Of a stretch of 58,613 nt of DNA, positions 9,873 to 19,538 are shown in pieces. Location of the stretch: the IMG/VR virus record IMGVR_UViG_3300045988_115582. One strand, given 5' to 3'. The DNA comes from a virus. The notes below the pieces were generated by a model. It worked only from the letters and a program-made list of their open reading frames with translations, was not told the origin of the DNA and made no database searches. A program made the translations under genes and the position numbers. Each line of letters starts with the position of its first letter. The stretch's first letter is position 1.

Positions 9873-10275
9873 ATCAAGTTTATGGGCTTTAGAATTTAAA
9901 AATACTCTTTATAGCTTGTTTTCATACAACTTAAAAAAAGAGTATGGAACAAAATATAAAAACCTTAATATTACACAAGATGAAGAATTAGAGGGAATAG
10001 CGGTGTTTCCTACAGTGTTATTTCAACAAATTTCATTTACAGAAGTAGGAAAAACACTTGACGGACAGTTAATAAACGCAATACGACCTATTTTTCAAAT
10101 AACGATAACATTTAAAGGAAATAGAAGTGATTTAGAAAATATAGCGGCATATGCCGTTTTATTTTTTAAAGATAAAAGATTTGAAGTAACAAGCATTGTC
10201 TATGGTATTTCAAACAAGGTCAGGTCAGCAACTTTCAGAGTATCAAGGGTAGTTGCGGCAAATGACAGATTGTAA
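9859..10275 (+). CDS. Putative tail-completion protein
   Basis: 138 aa immediately upstream of the major tail protein. The start could be TTG 9859 or ATG 9865. Confidence 0.45.
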   Translation: MEMDKSSLWALEFKNTLYSLFSYNLKKEYGTKYKNLNITQDEELEGIAVFPTVLFQQISFTEVGKTLDGQLINAIRPIFQITITFKGNRSDLENIAAYAVLFFKDKRFEVTSIVYGISNKVRSATFRVSRVVAANDRL

Positions 10276-10345
10276 CTTATTGACCGGACATTTTTTAGAA
10301 ATGTTCGCTAACTGCATAAAATTAGCAGAAGAAAGTGAGGTAAAT

Positions 10346-10822
10346 ATGGCAGCAGCCGGAATTTCGACACTCGGTATTACTTTTGGTTATGGTACAGAAA
10401 CGACAGCTGGAGAAAAGCCGACAGCTTTTAAACAGCTTACAAGAATAAATGCAATCGGTGGTATCAATATTGAGCCGGAGCAAATAGACGCATCAGCACT
10501 TGAAGATTACACGACAAAATATGTCAAAGGTCGTGCAGACACAGGCGGGTCTTTTGCAGTAACAGTAAACTTTACGGATGATACCGTAAAAGAGTGGGAA
10601 GCCCTTATAAAGGCGTATAAAGCGTTGACAGGCGGAAAACAGATGTGGTTTGAAACTATCATTCCGGGTATTGATAAAGCGTTATTTGTTATTGCAGAGC
10701 CACCGGAAAGCATCCCTCAGCCAGAAATCGGGCAGAATGAACTCTTAACAGTCGAGATGAACTTGACTATTGTTGAGAAGAAAAACCCTGATACAAAGGT
10801 AGACTTTACACCGGGGGAATAA
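10346..10822 (+). CDS. Major tail protein
   Basis: The start is moved to ATG after GTGAGG. MAAAGISTLGITFGYGTETTAGEKP... is typical of siphovirus major tail proteins. A terminator and the chaperone genes follow. Confidence 0.7.
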   Translation: MAAAGISTLGITFGYGTETTAGEKPTAFKQLTRINAIGGINIEPEQIDASALEDYTTKYVKGRADTGGSFAVTVNFTDDTVKEWEALIKAYKALTGGKQMWFETIIPGIDKALFVIAEPPESIPQPEIGQNELLTVEMNLTIVEKKNPDTKVDFTPGE

Positions 10823-10939
10823 AAAGCTATTCGGCTGAGACAAAGGCTGTGTCGGATAGCAAATCTAAAACAGCCGACTACTCATACGATGAAGATGAAA
10901 CAGTTTAAAAATAGCAAAATTGATTAAATGATTAAAAGT

Positions 10940-10968
10940 GGGGCGGTCTTAGGACTGCCCCCTTTCTT
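10940..10968 (+). terminator. Rho-independent terminator after the major tail gene
   Basis: Stem GGGGCGGTC/GACTGCCCC (9 bp, one G-U), loop TTAG, then CTTTCTT. Confidence 0.65.
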
Positions 10969-10994
10969 ACAAATGTAAGGGAAAGGGAAATAAT

Positions 10995-11444
10995 ATGTAT
11001 AAAATTATAAATATCAATAAAAAGGACTATAAACTTGAATACTCATTAGAAGCATCACTTTATCCTGAGAGCACAGAAAAGTTATTAGAACTTATATCAT
11101 CAACAGATGCAGAAAACGAGAATGACAAGATCAAAAATATAATTAAAGGAATGTCAAATGTTCCACAAACAACATTACATATGTTCTATGCTGGCTTACT
11201 CGAGCATCATGGTACAGGCTCAGACGGTGATGGAACGGTAACATCAATAGAAGATGCAAAGGTATTGTTAAAACAGTATATAAGTGAAAATAAAACAAAC
11301 TTCTATGCTGTTATGGAAATAATTATGGGACAGATGGCAGAAGATGGTTTTTTAGACTTGATAGGTCTGAACGACATGATACAGACCGAGGAAGAACCGA
11401 AGAAAACTCCGAAAGTTCCACAAGACCATTTGAAGAAAAATTAA
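10995..11444 (+). CDS. Tail assembly chaperone (gpG-like)
   Basis: 149 aa between the major tail protein and the tape measure. An overlapping -1 ORF follows. Confidence 0.65.
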   Translation: MYKIININKKDYKLEYSLEASLYPESTEKLLELISSTDAENENDKIKNIIKGMSNVPQTTLHMFYAGLLEHHGTGSDGDGTVTSIEDAKVLLKQYISENKTNFYAVMEIIMGQMAEDGFLDLIGLNDMIQTEEEPKKTPKVPQDHLKKN

Positions 11445-11473
11445 GTTTCAAAGAAAATATTGAAAAAAATGTC

Positions 11474-11812
11474 TTGCCAAGTGCGATAAAGGCAGGATTG
11501 ACATATAAAGAAGCTATGCATATGACGCCAAAAGCCATTGAGATGCACATAGAAGCGTACAGTGAAAGAGAACAGGAGAAAGTAAAAGTATCTGAATATC
11601 TTTCATGGCTCAATGGCTATTATGTTGTCGAAGCAATAGCTTGTACTTTTGGAAAAGGAAGATACCCTAAAAATCCTTTACAGGAAAATAACAATAGCGA
11701 AAACGGCGAAAAGCCAAAATCAGAATTGCAGAAGCAAAGAGAATTATTTGCGGCAAGATTGTTTGCTACATTTGCTAATGCAGAACTAGATAAAATCGAA
11801 AAAGAGGAATAG
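11474..11812 (+). CDS. Tail assembly chaperone -1 frame extension (gpT-like part of a G-T fusion)
   Basis: The -1 frame stays open upstream of 11474 back to about 11390 and overlaps the end of gpG (AAG AAA AAT TAA). This is the canonical G/GT arrangement. Confidence 0.55.
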   Translation: MPSAIKAGLTYKEAMHMTPKAIEMHIEAYSEREQEKVKVSEYLSWLNGYYVVEAIACTFGKGRYPKNPLQENNNSENGEKPKSELQKQRELFAARLFATFANAELDKIEKEE

Positions 11813-11856
11813 CAATTTTATTTGCCGTTCCTCTTTTATTTTTGAGGTGATAATCA

Positions 11857-12549
11857 ATGAAAATGACTACAAAATATGCAAAAAGCATTAGCTATGGGAA
11901 TAAAAGACCATTAAGTAACATCAAATACATTGTCATACATTACACAGGCAATAAAGGAGATACGGCACAGAATAATCTTGATTATTTTGCAAACGGAAAT
12001 ACAAGACAGGCAGGAGCACATTTCTTCGTTGATAAAAAAGGAAAAGTCGGCAAGTCAATAGCAATGAACCGTACAGCATGGGCAGTAGGCGGCGACCACA
12101 AAAGCGGAAGAAAAGGCGAAGCGGCTTATTTTGGTAAATGTACAAACACAAACTCGGTATCTATTGAATTATGCGATATGTGCTTAAAAACAAACTGGGA
12201 ACAGATGTATGCGACAAGAAAACTTGTTAAATACATTCAAAGCAAGTGTCCTAATGCAAAAACAATAATTAGACATTGGGATGTAAACGGAAAAGATTGT
12301 CCAGCACCTTTTATAGGCAATGGCAATGAGAAATGGACTGAATTTAAGCGTTTTATAACAGCAGGCTATAAATTTACGGCGGTTGTTACAAAAGATGCGG
12401 CATTAAGAAATAAGCCTAAGCTGGGAGCAGTAAATAAAAAAGGTACTGCAAAAAAAGGAACAAAAGTTAAGATTGTCAAACTCAATGGAAATTGGGGACT
12501 TACTGACAACGGATATTGGATAAGTCTTGAAAAAGTAAAAGAGATTTAA
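11857..12549 (+). CDS. Endolysin: N-acetylmuramoyl-L-alanine amidase (Amidase_2/PGRP) with a C-terminal SH3-like binding domain
   Basis: IVIHYTGN...AHFFVD...SIELCD...RHWDVNGKDCP. C-terminus KKGTKVKIVKLNGNWGLTDNGYWISL. Confidence 0.8.
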   Translation: MKMTTKYAKSISYGNKRPLSNIKYIVIHYTGNKGDTAQNNLDYFANGNTRQAGAHFFVDKKGKVGKSIAMNRTAWAVGGDHKSGRKGEAAYFGKCTNTNSVSIELCDMCLKTNWEQMYATRKLVKYIQSKCPNAKTIIRHWDVNGKDCPAPFIGNGNEKWTEFKRFITAGYKFTAVVTKDAALRNKPKLGAVNKKGTAKKGTKVKIVKLNGNWGLTDNGYWISLEKVKEI

Positions 12550-12567
12550 TCAGAATGAGGTGATTTG

Positions 12568-15500
12568 ATGGAGTTAGATAGTTTAGAACTGAAAGTATCG
12601 GCAGAAGCACAGTCGGCAGAAAAAGCACTTGACAGCCTTATAGGTAAATTACAGAGTTTTTCAAAAGCACTTGGCGATATAAACACTACTTCCATCAGCA
12701 AAAATCTTAAAAATCTTGCTAAAGTCGGTGGCCTGAAAACGGTTACTAAAGAGGTAGAGGACTTAGGAAAAACTGTAGACAATGTCGGTAAGAAGAAAAC
12801 AAAGGCTGAGGTTAAAGTCGATGTTAAACAAGGCTTAGAAGCTATTGCAGAATTACAGAAACGATTTGAGAATGCAGATAAAGATATAAAATTTACAGGC
12901 TCTACAACACAGCTTGAGAAACAATATAATAGGCTGTCGAATAGTCTTTCAAAACTCTTTGCAAAAGAAAATGAAGCCCTTGATTTAGGCAAGGCCAGTA
13001 CAGGTGTTGAAAACTTTGTTAAATTAGAGCGTAGAATACAATCAACTATAAACCAGCTTGACACACTTAAAACTAAAATTGCAGAAGCTGAAAAAGCGAA
13101 AGCCGAATTTTTTGAAAAAGAAAATGCAAAAACAAATCAAAATAATAAAGCTGCAATTATGATCCCCTCTGAAAGTGAAATCAAAAAAGCAGCAGATACT
13201 TATCAAAAAAGTATAGAGAAAATATCCGCAAGCACATTACCTAAGCCTGTAGGTTGGACGCAAGCTGAGGGACAAAAAGAACTCTTAAAAATGCAAAAAG
13301 AAGCGAGAGAGGGAACTGCTGGCGCATTAGAGGGATATGACGCAAGAATACAAAAAGCTACAGCCGACCTTAAAGCAGTCGAAAAAAGTGGCAAGGGAAT
13401 GGGTACTGAAGAGTGGGACAATGCGAGCATTGCGTTACAAAAAGTTGTAGCAGAGGCAAAGTGGTATAAAAACACATTAAAAGAAGCAGCTACTGAACTT
13501 GGCGTAAATGTCAAATCTATTAAGGAACTTGAAGCAGAAGAAAGCAGATTAGTACAAAAATCAAATCAACTTGCTAAAAAAGGACTATACGGAAGTACTG
13601 ATTATAACGAAACAATTTATCAGCTCGGACAAGTTAGAGGAGAATTAGATAAACAAAAAACAAAGATTACGGGGGCAAGTAATGCTTTAAAAGGTTATGA
13701 CGAGCGTATTGCACAGGCTAAAATCAATCTTGCTAATATACAAGCTAGCGGTAAGGGAATGGGTACCTCTGAATGGGACAATGCTAAAATGGCTTTGGTT
13801 AAGTTAGAAGATGAAGCAAGGCGGTATAAAGCGGCTTTAAATCAAAAAGCATTAGGACTCGATACCGACATAAAATCAACGGATAACCTCGAAACAAAGA
13901 TAAAGAAATTAAATCTTGCTATAGAGCAAATGAGAAATAGAGGTATTGGTTTCGGTGATACAAATTTTGATAAGTTGTATCAACAACTTAATCAAGCTGA
14001 AAAAGAACTTGCAGAGTATAAAGCTAGACTGACAGAAAGTGAAAACTCAACAAGAAGTTTTGGCAGTACATTAAAGAGTGCAGCAACAGGCTTTTCTAAT
14101 TTTATCAGCAAGATTAAAAACGCTGGAGCAGCAACACTTAATTTTGCTAAGAATGTCCGTAACATGAAATCGCCTTTAAAACTTGCACTCGGTCAAATTA
14201 GTAAATTAGGAAATTCGGTTGCAAGGCTGTATTTCAAGTACATGATGTTGTCAAGGGTTGCTGGTGCACTTGGTAAAGTTCTTGGCATATCAAGTGATTA
14301 TGTAGAGGAATACAACTATTTTCAAAAGGCAATAGATAAGATTGCACAGGAAAATAAAGGTAATTACAAAAAATACGGCTATGATGATGCTAAGAGTTAT
14401 GCGGATAGCTTTGAGGATAGACTTACAACTCTTACAGGCAAAATGACAGGATATAAGCCCGATAAAAATGGAAATCTTATAGATACTGATGTGGCAAGTC
14501 TTGGGCTTGATATTACACAGGTTACAAACTTTGAAGCACAGATTGCACAAATGACAAATTCTGTCGGCATGATGGGCGAAGCGTCTATTGCAACATCAAA
14601 AGCCATGACAATGCTTGCTGGGGATATGTCCTCATTAACAAATATGCCATTAGACACCGTTATGAAAAACTTTTCAAGTGGTCTTTCGGGTGCGGCAATG
14701 GCTGTCAAAAAATACGGCATGGATATATCAGTTGCGGCATTACAGGAAACAGCACTTGGGCTAGGTGTTAAGAAAAATGTTTCTGATATGACACAGGCTG
14801 AGAAAGAGTATTTGCGTGTTATCACTATGTTACAGCAGTCTAAAGTCGCATGGGGCGACTTAGCTAAGACTATCAATTCTCCCGCAAATCAATTTAGAAT
14901 GTTAAAGTCCAATATCAAACAGTGTGGTTTGATGCTTTCAAGGCTGTTTATGCCTGTCATACAAAAAGTATTACCGTGGCTCAACGCAATGGCAATGGCT
15001 GTCAAAGATTTAATGAAATATATCGGTGACTTGTTCGGCTTAAAGTTTGATAGCAGTCTTGGTTCAACAGACAGTGGCACATCAGATACCTATGACGATG
15101 TATCAGACAGTGCCGACAATGCGGCAGACAGTATAAATAATGCGGCAGACGCACAGAAGAAGTTTAACAAGCAGTTGCAAGATTTTGATAAATTAAATAA
15201 CCTTACAACAAACGAAACATCTAAGAAAGACAGTGACAAGGATAAAAATGGCACAGGAGATGTTAGTGGCGTTTTATCTGATGCTCTTATAAATGCTGTC
15301 GAGGATTATGAAAAACGCTGGAATAAAGCGTTTAAAAGCATGACAAGTGATGCTGACAAGCTCAAAGAAAAGATTGAAAAACTGTTTACAACAGCTTGGG
15401 ACACAGGTGACGGAACAGAAATCGGTGAAGCACTTGCGACAACCTTAAATAAGGGCATTGACTGGGTAAATGAAAATACAAGCAAATGGGCTAAAGGCTT

Positions 15501-17943
15501 GAAAAAGATTACCTCAATTATGGGTACTTCTTTAAATGGTTTTGTTGAAAAATTCAAGTGGAAAGGTTTAGGAAAAGCTATAGGCAATTCTATTAAAGCC
15601 GCACTTGAAGCTGAAACAAACTTCTTTAAAAAAGTAAACTGGGTAAATCTTGGAAAAGGCTTGTCGAAAACTCTTAATTCAGCTATCAAAACAGGAGTTT
15701 TGCAGTCATACTTTAAATCAATGGCAAGCAAGTTAAGAGCGGCTATTGAGACAGCGTTTGGGGCAATTACTACTTTTGATTTTAAAGGACTTGGAAATGC
15801 GTTAGGACAGGGAATAAATGACTTTTTTAAGACAATGAATAAGAAAAATAAGCAGACTGGTCTTAATGGTTGGCAAGAACTTGGTAAAAGTTTAAGTGAT
15901 GGCATAAAAGGGATAGCAGATACATTAACTACAGCTTTAAAAAAGGTGAAGTGGGAGAAAGTCGGTCAAAGTATTGGAGATTTTATCTCAGCTATTGATT
16001 TTGGCAAGGTTACTTGGAGCTTATTAGGTTTAGCAGAAGCGTTAGTAAGTGCAATAGGAAGTGCTCTCAAAGGTTCGTTTTCAAAAGCACCTATTGAGAC
16101 AGGTTTATTGGCGGCATTTGCATTGGTAAAATACACTGGCATAGGAAAGTTTATTGCTGGCGAAGTTTCTAAGAAAATGGCGGCTTTTTTAGCTGAAAAA
16201 ATGGGTTTTGAAATCGCAAAAGACGCAGGAATAAGCACAGCTATCAAAACAGGGCTTAAAGGACTTATAGCAAAAGCAGGCTTAACAAGTTTAAGTGTTT
16301 CGGTAGGTGTAGTTGGAATAGCGGCGGCAACGGCAGCATTGGTAGCTTTTTACAATTATGTTGAAAGCAAGGCTGATGAAAAAATAAAGTTAGATATGTC
16401 AGAAGCTAATAAGGCATTAGGTGACTTAAATTCATCAGCGAAAGAATGTGAAAAAGCTGTCAACAAAACTAAAGACGCATTAAAAAAAGTCGAAGAAAGA
16501 GACGAAAACGCAGAAGCTAAAGGCAAAGAAGTTGAAAATTTAGCAAGTGCTTATTATAAACTTTCAAAAAAGGTCAACAAGACAAAAGCTGAAAAGGCAA
16601 TTTTAAAGAGAATGTCAAAAGAACTTTCAAAAGAACTACCGGGCTTAAAAAAGAATGTTGATAAAGAGACAGGAGCATACAAGGGTAGTTGGAAACAGCT
16701 TAAAAAACTTGTTGAAAAAACAAAAGAATATTATAAAGCAAAAGCGGCACAAAAAGACCTTGAAGACATAGGCAATAAACTTTACGAGAATGAAAAAAAG
16801 TTAGCAGAAGCGACTCGAAAAAGCAAAGATGCTTCAGATAAACTGAGAACTGAAAGATACAAGTTAACAAATGAAACAAAACGTTTAAATGAGCTCGAAG
16901 CTAAAAACCTTAGCTGGAAAAGTGGCTCGGCTAATATGACTAAAAAAGAATACGAAGAAATGGAAAAACTTCGTGATGAAGTTCCAAGATTAGCTCTGGC
17001 TATGCAAGATCAAGAAAAGGTCTATAAAAATCATAAAAAAGAACTTGGAGAATTGAAAGATGCACAAAAAGAATTAAACGATAAATATGAAACAGCATCA
17101 GATTTTGTTGAAAAATATACCGGAAAAGTAAAAAGCAATACCTCTAGTGTTGAAAAACAGAAAAAAGCTATAAAAGGCGTTGGAGAGGAAACTGATAAAT
17201 TATCAGGCAAAAAAGCTACTGTTTCTATAGGCTCTAAAGGAGTAGAAAAGACTAAAAAAGATATTAAAAGTATACACGGCAAAACAGTTAAAGTAACGGC
17301 TGATGCTAAAAAAGGGAAAGATTTTAATAAAGTTAAAAAAGCTTATGATGATATCAGGACAAGAAATGCTAATGTAAATGTTTCTATAAAAGGATATGAA
17401 AAACTTAAAGAATCAATGAAAAATCCACTTCTCACTGATTTGGGAAGAAAGAGGACTTTAAAAAGAGATGTCGAAATAACATTTAAAATGAAAAATAACT
17501 TAACAGATAGTGTTTCGAAGGTACTAGGAAATCTCGGTAAAAACAGCAAGAGTAGTAAACCTAAAAAGAAAGCAAAAGGTGGCATATTTGAAAATGGTTC
17601 ATGGCACAATATAACAAAATATGCTACTGGCGGCGTTCCTAACATGGGACAACTTTTCTATGCAAGAGAGGCGGGACCTGAACTGGTAGGTACTCTTAAA
17701 GGTAGAGGAACGGCAGTTATGAATAATGACCAAATTGTAGCATCGGTATCGCAAGGTGTATCAGACGCAGTATATAATGTTATGACACCTGTTTTAACAA
17801 GTCTTGTATCAAGCATAAACCGTATGAATAGTAGCGGCACACCTCTCTATGTCGAGGGGGTTTCTGAGGGCGATATAGTTAAGATCACACAGAATGCTAA
17901 CGCTGATTACAAGAAGCGGTATGGCAAACCTCTTTTCACCTAG
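12568..17943 (+). CDS. Tape measure protein
   Basis: About 1,791 aa with long coiled-coil regions and central hydrophobic segments, downstream of the chaperones. ATG after GAGGTG. Confidence 0.85.
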   Translation: MELDSLELKVSAEAQSAEKALDSLIGKLQSFSKALGDINTTSISKNLKNLAKVGGLKTVTKEVEDLGKTVDNVGKKKTKAEVKVDVKQGLEAIAELQKRFENADKDIKFTGSTTQLEKQYNRLSNSLSKLFAKENEALDLGKASTGVENFVKLERRIQSTINQLDTLKTKIAEAEKAKAEFFEKENAKTNQNNKAAIMIPSESEIKKAADTYQKSIEKISASTLPKPVGWTQAEGQKELLKMQKEAREGTAGALEGYDARIQKATADLKAVEKSGKGMGTEEWDNASIALQKVVAEAKWYKNTLKEAATELGVNVKSIKELEAEESRLVQKSNQLAKKGLYGSTDYNETIYQLGQVRGELDKQKTKITGASNALKGYDERIAQAKINLANIQASGKGMGTSEWDNAKMALVKLEDEARRYKAALNQKALGLDTDIKSTDNLETKIKKLNLAIEQMRNRGIGFGDTNFDKLYQQLNQAEKELAEYKARLTESENSTRSFGSTLKSAATGFSNFISKIKNAGAATLNFAKNVRNMKSPLKLALGQISKLGNSVARLYFKYMMLSRVAGALGKVLGISSDYVEEYNYFQKAIDKIAQENKGNYKKYGYDDAKSYADSFEDRLTTLTGKMTGYKPDKNGNLIDTDVASLGLDITQVTNFEAQIAQMTNSVGMMGEASIATSKAMTMLAGDMSSLTNMPLDTVMKNFSSGLSGAAMAVKKYGMDISVAALQETALGLGVKKNVSDMTQAEKEYLRVITMLQQSKVAWGDLAKTINSPANQFRMLKSNIKQCGLMLSRLFMPVIQKVLPWLNAMAMAVKDLMKYIGDLFGLKFDSSLGSTDSGTSDTYDDVSDSADNAADSINNAADAQKKFNKQLQDFDKLNNLTTNETSKKDSDKDKNGTGDVSGVLSDALINAVEDYEKRWNKAFKSMTSDADKLKEKIEKLFTTAWDTGDGTEIGEALATTLNKGIDWVNENTSKWAKGLKKITSIMGTSLNGFVEKFKWKGLGKAIGNSIKAALEAETNFFKKVNWVNLGKGLSKTLNSAIKTGVLQSYFKSMASKLRAAIETAFGAITTFDFKGLGNALGQGINDFFKTMNKKNKQTGLNGWQELGKSLSDGIKGIADTLTTALKKVKWEKVGQSIGDFISAIDFGKVTWSLLGLAEALVSAIGSALKGSFSKAPIETGLLAAFALVKYTGIGKFIAGEVSKKMAAFLAEKMGFEIAKDAGISTAIKTGLKGLIAKAGLTSLSVSVGVVGIAAATAALVAFYNYVESKADEKIKLDMSEANKALGDLNSSAKECEKAVNKTKDALKKVEERDENAEAKGKEVENLASAYYKLSKKVNKTKAEKAILKRMSKELSKELPGLKKNVDKETGAYKGSWKQLKKLVEKTKEYYKAKAAQKDLEDIGNKLYENEKKLAEATRKSKDASDKLRTERYKLTNETKRLNELEAKNLSWKSGSANMTKKEYEEMEKLRDEVPRLALAMQDQEKVYKNHKKELGELKDAQKELNDKYETASDFVEKYTGKVKSNTSSVEKQKKAIKGVGEETDKLSGKKATVSIGSKGVEKTKKDIKSIHGKTVKVTADAKKGKDFNKVKKAYDDIRTRNANVNVSIKGYEKLKESMKNPLLTDLGRKRTLKRDVEITFKMKNNLTDSVSKVLGNLGKNSKSSKPKKKAKGGIFENGSWHNITKYATGGVPNMGQLFYAREAGPELVGTLKGRGTAVMNNDQIVASVSQGVSDAVYNVMTPVLTSLVSSINRMNSSGTPLYVEGVSEGDIVKITQNANADYKKRYGKPLFT

Positions 17944-17947
17944 AATA

Positions 17948-17983
17948 TTGCTATATTGTGCCGAATGTGGTATGATATAGCAA
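17948..17983 (+). promoter_or_regulatory. Promoter (TTGCTA-17-TGgTATGAT) embedded in a 9-bp inverted repeat, at the start of the moron island
   Basis: -35 at 17948-53 and extended -10 at 17971-76. Inverted repeat TTGCTATAT / ATATAGCAA. Confidence 0.5.
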
Positions 17984-18013
17984 ATATTTAAAAGAAAAGG
18001 AGTGTGAACGGAT

Positions 18014-18832
18014 ATGAGAAAAAGTTTTTTTACAAAGATTGTAGCATTTTTAGGGATAGCAACTCTTGTTATTTCCAGTACCTATACTACATCCTATGCA
18101 GTATGTAATCACAGATGGGTTTTAGATTCTAGTTTTAGTGAAAAACCTACATGTTCTGAGGCGGGCTATAATTGGTATGATTGTTCTATTTGTGGCGATT
18201 CTAAGAAAGTGACTGTTCCAGCGACAAGAATACATAAATGGACTGAATGGAAAGCTGATGGTTATTTATGTGAGGATGGAAAGTGGGAAAGATATTGCAC
18301 TGAATGTTACAAAGAAGAAACAAAAGCAAGACAAGGTGATGGCTCACATTTATGGTCTAATTGGGAAGTGTGGACAGAAGCTGACTGTTTAAACAAAGGG
18401 CAGGAAAGCAGATATTGTTATAATTGCTATCAAAGAGAATACAAGGATATTCCAGTTGATGACACGAAACATAATTGGAGCGAATGGAGCACAGGATGGG
18501 TATATTCTGTCGAGCCAACTATTTTTAAAGCAGGAAAGCAAACAAGATTCTGTTATACATGCTCAAAAGTTGAAGAAAAGGAAATGCCTAAATTAAAAGC
18601 AACAGTTTCAATATCATGCAAGAGCAAAACTTTAAAAGTAGGTGAAAAGCTGAAATTAAAAATAAAGAAAAGAACTTATCCCGATGTATTGAAAAATTGG
18701 ACTACTGACAATAAAAAAGTTGCTACAGTCAATAAAAAAGGAAAAGTTTTGGCTGTTAAAAAAGGAAAAGCTACAATAACCTTAAAAATGAAAAGTGGCT
18801 GTACGGCAACTTGTAAGGTAAAAGTTAAATAA
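18014..18832 (+). CDS. Secreted Cys-rich repeat protein with a C-terminal bacterial Ig-like (Big_2) domain
   Basis: N-terminal signal/TM peptide, four HxW..W...C...G...C..C modules, and C-terminus ATVNKKGKVLAVKKGKATITLK..GCTATCKVKV. Confidence 0.7.
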   Translation: MRKSFFTKIVAFLGIATLVISSTYTTSYAVCNHRWVLDSSFSEKPTCSEAGYNWYDCSICGDSKKVTVPATRIHKWTEWKADGYLCEDGKWERYCTECYKEETKARQGDGSHLWSNWEVWTEADCLNKGQESRYCYNCYQREYKDIPVDDTKHNWSEWSTGWVYSVEPTIFKAGKQTRFCYTCSKVEEKEMPKLKATVSISCKSKTLKVGEKLKLKIKKRTYPDVLKNWTTDNKKVATVNKKGKVLAVKKGKATITLKMKSGCTATCKVKVK

Positions 18833-18855
18833 AACAAATATCATATAAAACCATA

Positions 18856-18881
18856 AGGCGGATTTAATATCCGTCTTTTTT
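18856..18881 (+). terminator. Rho-independent terminator
   Basis: Stem AGGCGGAT/ATCCGTCT followed by a T-run. Confidence 0.65.
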
Positions 18882-18919
18882 AGTACAATCAAAAAACTTG
18901 AAAAAATTTAAAAAAGGTA

Positions 18920-18966
18920 TTGACTTTCTGTGGCACATAAAATATACTTTAATTGTGCCACAGAAA
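18920..18966 (+). promoter_or_regulatory. Promoter TTGACT-17-TATACT overlapped by a perfect 13-bp inverted repeat (operator)
   Basis: TTTCTGTGGCACA (18925-37) and TGTGCCACAGAAA (18954-66) bracket the -10 element. Confidence 0.7.
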
Positions 18967-18980
18967 GTGAGGTGTTTAAA

Positions 18981-19157
18981 ATGTCTCCACGCACAGGTAG
19001 ACCTAAAGCATTACAACCAAAAACAATAGAGGTTAAGGCAAGGATTGACGAAAAGACAAACGATAGACTTAATCAGTATTGTGAAAAACACAATGTTACA
19101 AGAACAGATGTTGTCAGAAAAGGGATTGAAAATGTTTTAGACAAAGAAAAAGAGTAA
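18981..19157 (+). CDS. Ribbon-helix-helix (CopG/Arc-like) DNA-binding protein
   Basis: MSPRTGRPK...IEVKARIDEKTNDRLNQYCEKHNVTRTDVVRKGIE. ATG after GTGAGG. Probably autoregulates through the upstream inverted repeat. Confidence 0.65.
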   Translation: MSPRTGRPKALQPKTIEVKARIDEKTNDRLNQYCEKHNVTRTDVVRKGIENVLDKEKE

Positions 19158-19278
19158 TCGCTAGATTTGACCGTCACACGATTACTCAATACAACAACCC
19201 TATAAAGGAATTGATAAATATATTCTATCATTACTTTATAGGGAAATCAAGCAAATTTTGAAAGCGAGGTAGAATATT

Positions 19279-19521
19279 ATGGATAAATTTTTAGAAATTA
19301 TATGCACAAATCAAATAATGAGTTCAAAACAAGGCGATAAATACAGTGAGCTTCTTGAACCGTTTATGAGTAAGCTTAAAGAAATCGTAAGCGATAAAGT
19401 TTATTGCGAACTGGAAGAGGAATTTAATAATTGCATGATAGAAAATAACACTTATTATGCTGTTGCAGGAATGAAAATGGCAGTTGGAATACTTGATGGA
19501 ACTTTTGTTCCTACAATGTGA
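19279..19521 (+). CDS. Hypothetical acidic protein
   Basis: 80 aa. RBS GAGG. Confidence 0.55.
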   Translation: MDKFLEIICTNQIMSSKQGDKYSELLEPFMSKLKEIVSDKVYCELEEEFNNCMIENNTYYAVAGMKMAVGILDGTFVPTM

Positions 19522-19538
19522 TTGGGGGCACAAAAATA

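Noticed and set aside
10815-10910. A -1 frameshift or read-through extension of the major tail protein at CCGGGGGAA
   Set aside because: The -1 frame gives only about 30 extra residues (…KSYSAETKAVSDSKSKTADYSYDEDETV) with no recognisable domain. There is no canonical slippery heptamer. Known tail-protein extensions are much longer.
12546-17840. Minus-strand ORFs inside the tape measure gene (for example 12546-13064, 14397-14876, 15306-15905)
   Set aside because: They are antisense shadows of a long, compositionally biased coding region. They have no RBSs, and their translations are low-complexity and Ser/Phe/Leu-rich.
18981-19521. RHH gene plus the downstream 80-aa ORF as a type II toxin-antitoxin pair
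   Set aside because: The two ORFs are 120 nt apart. The downstream protein is acidic and shows no RelE/ParE-like features. The RHH protein more likely regulates the island promoter.
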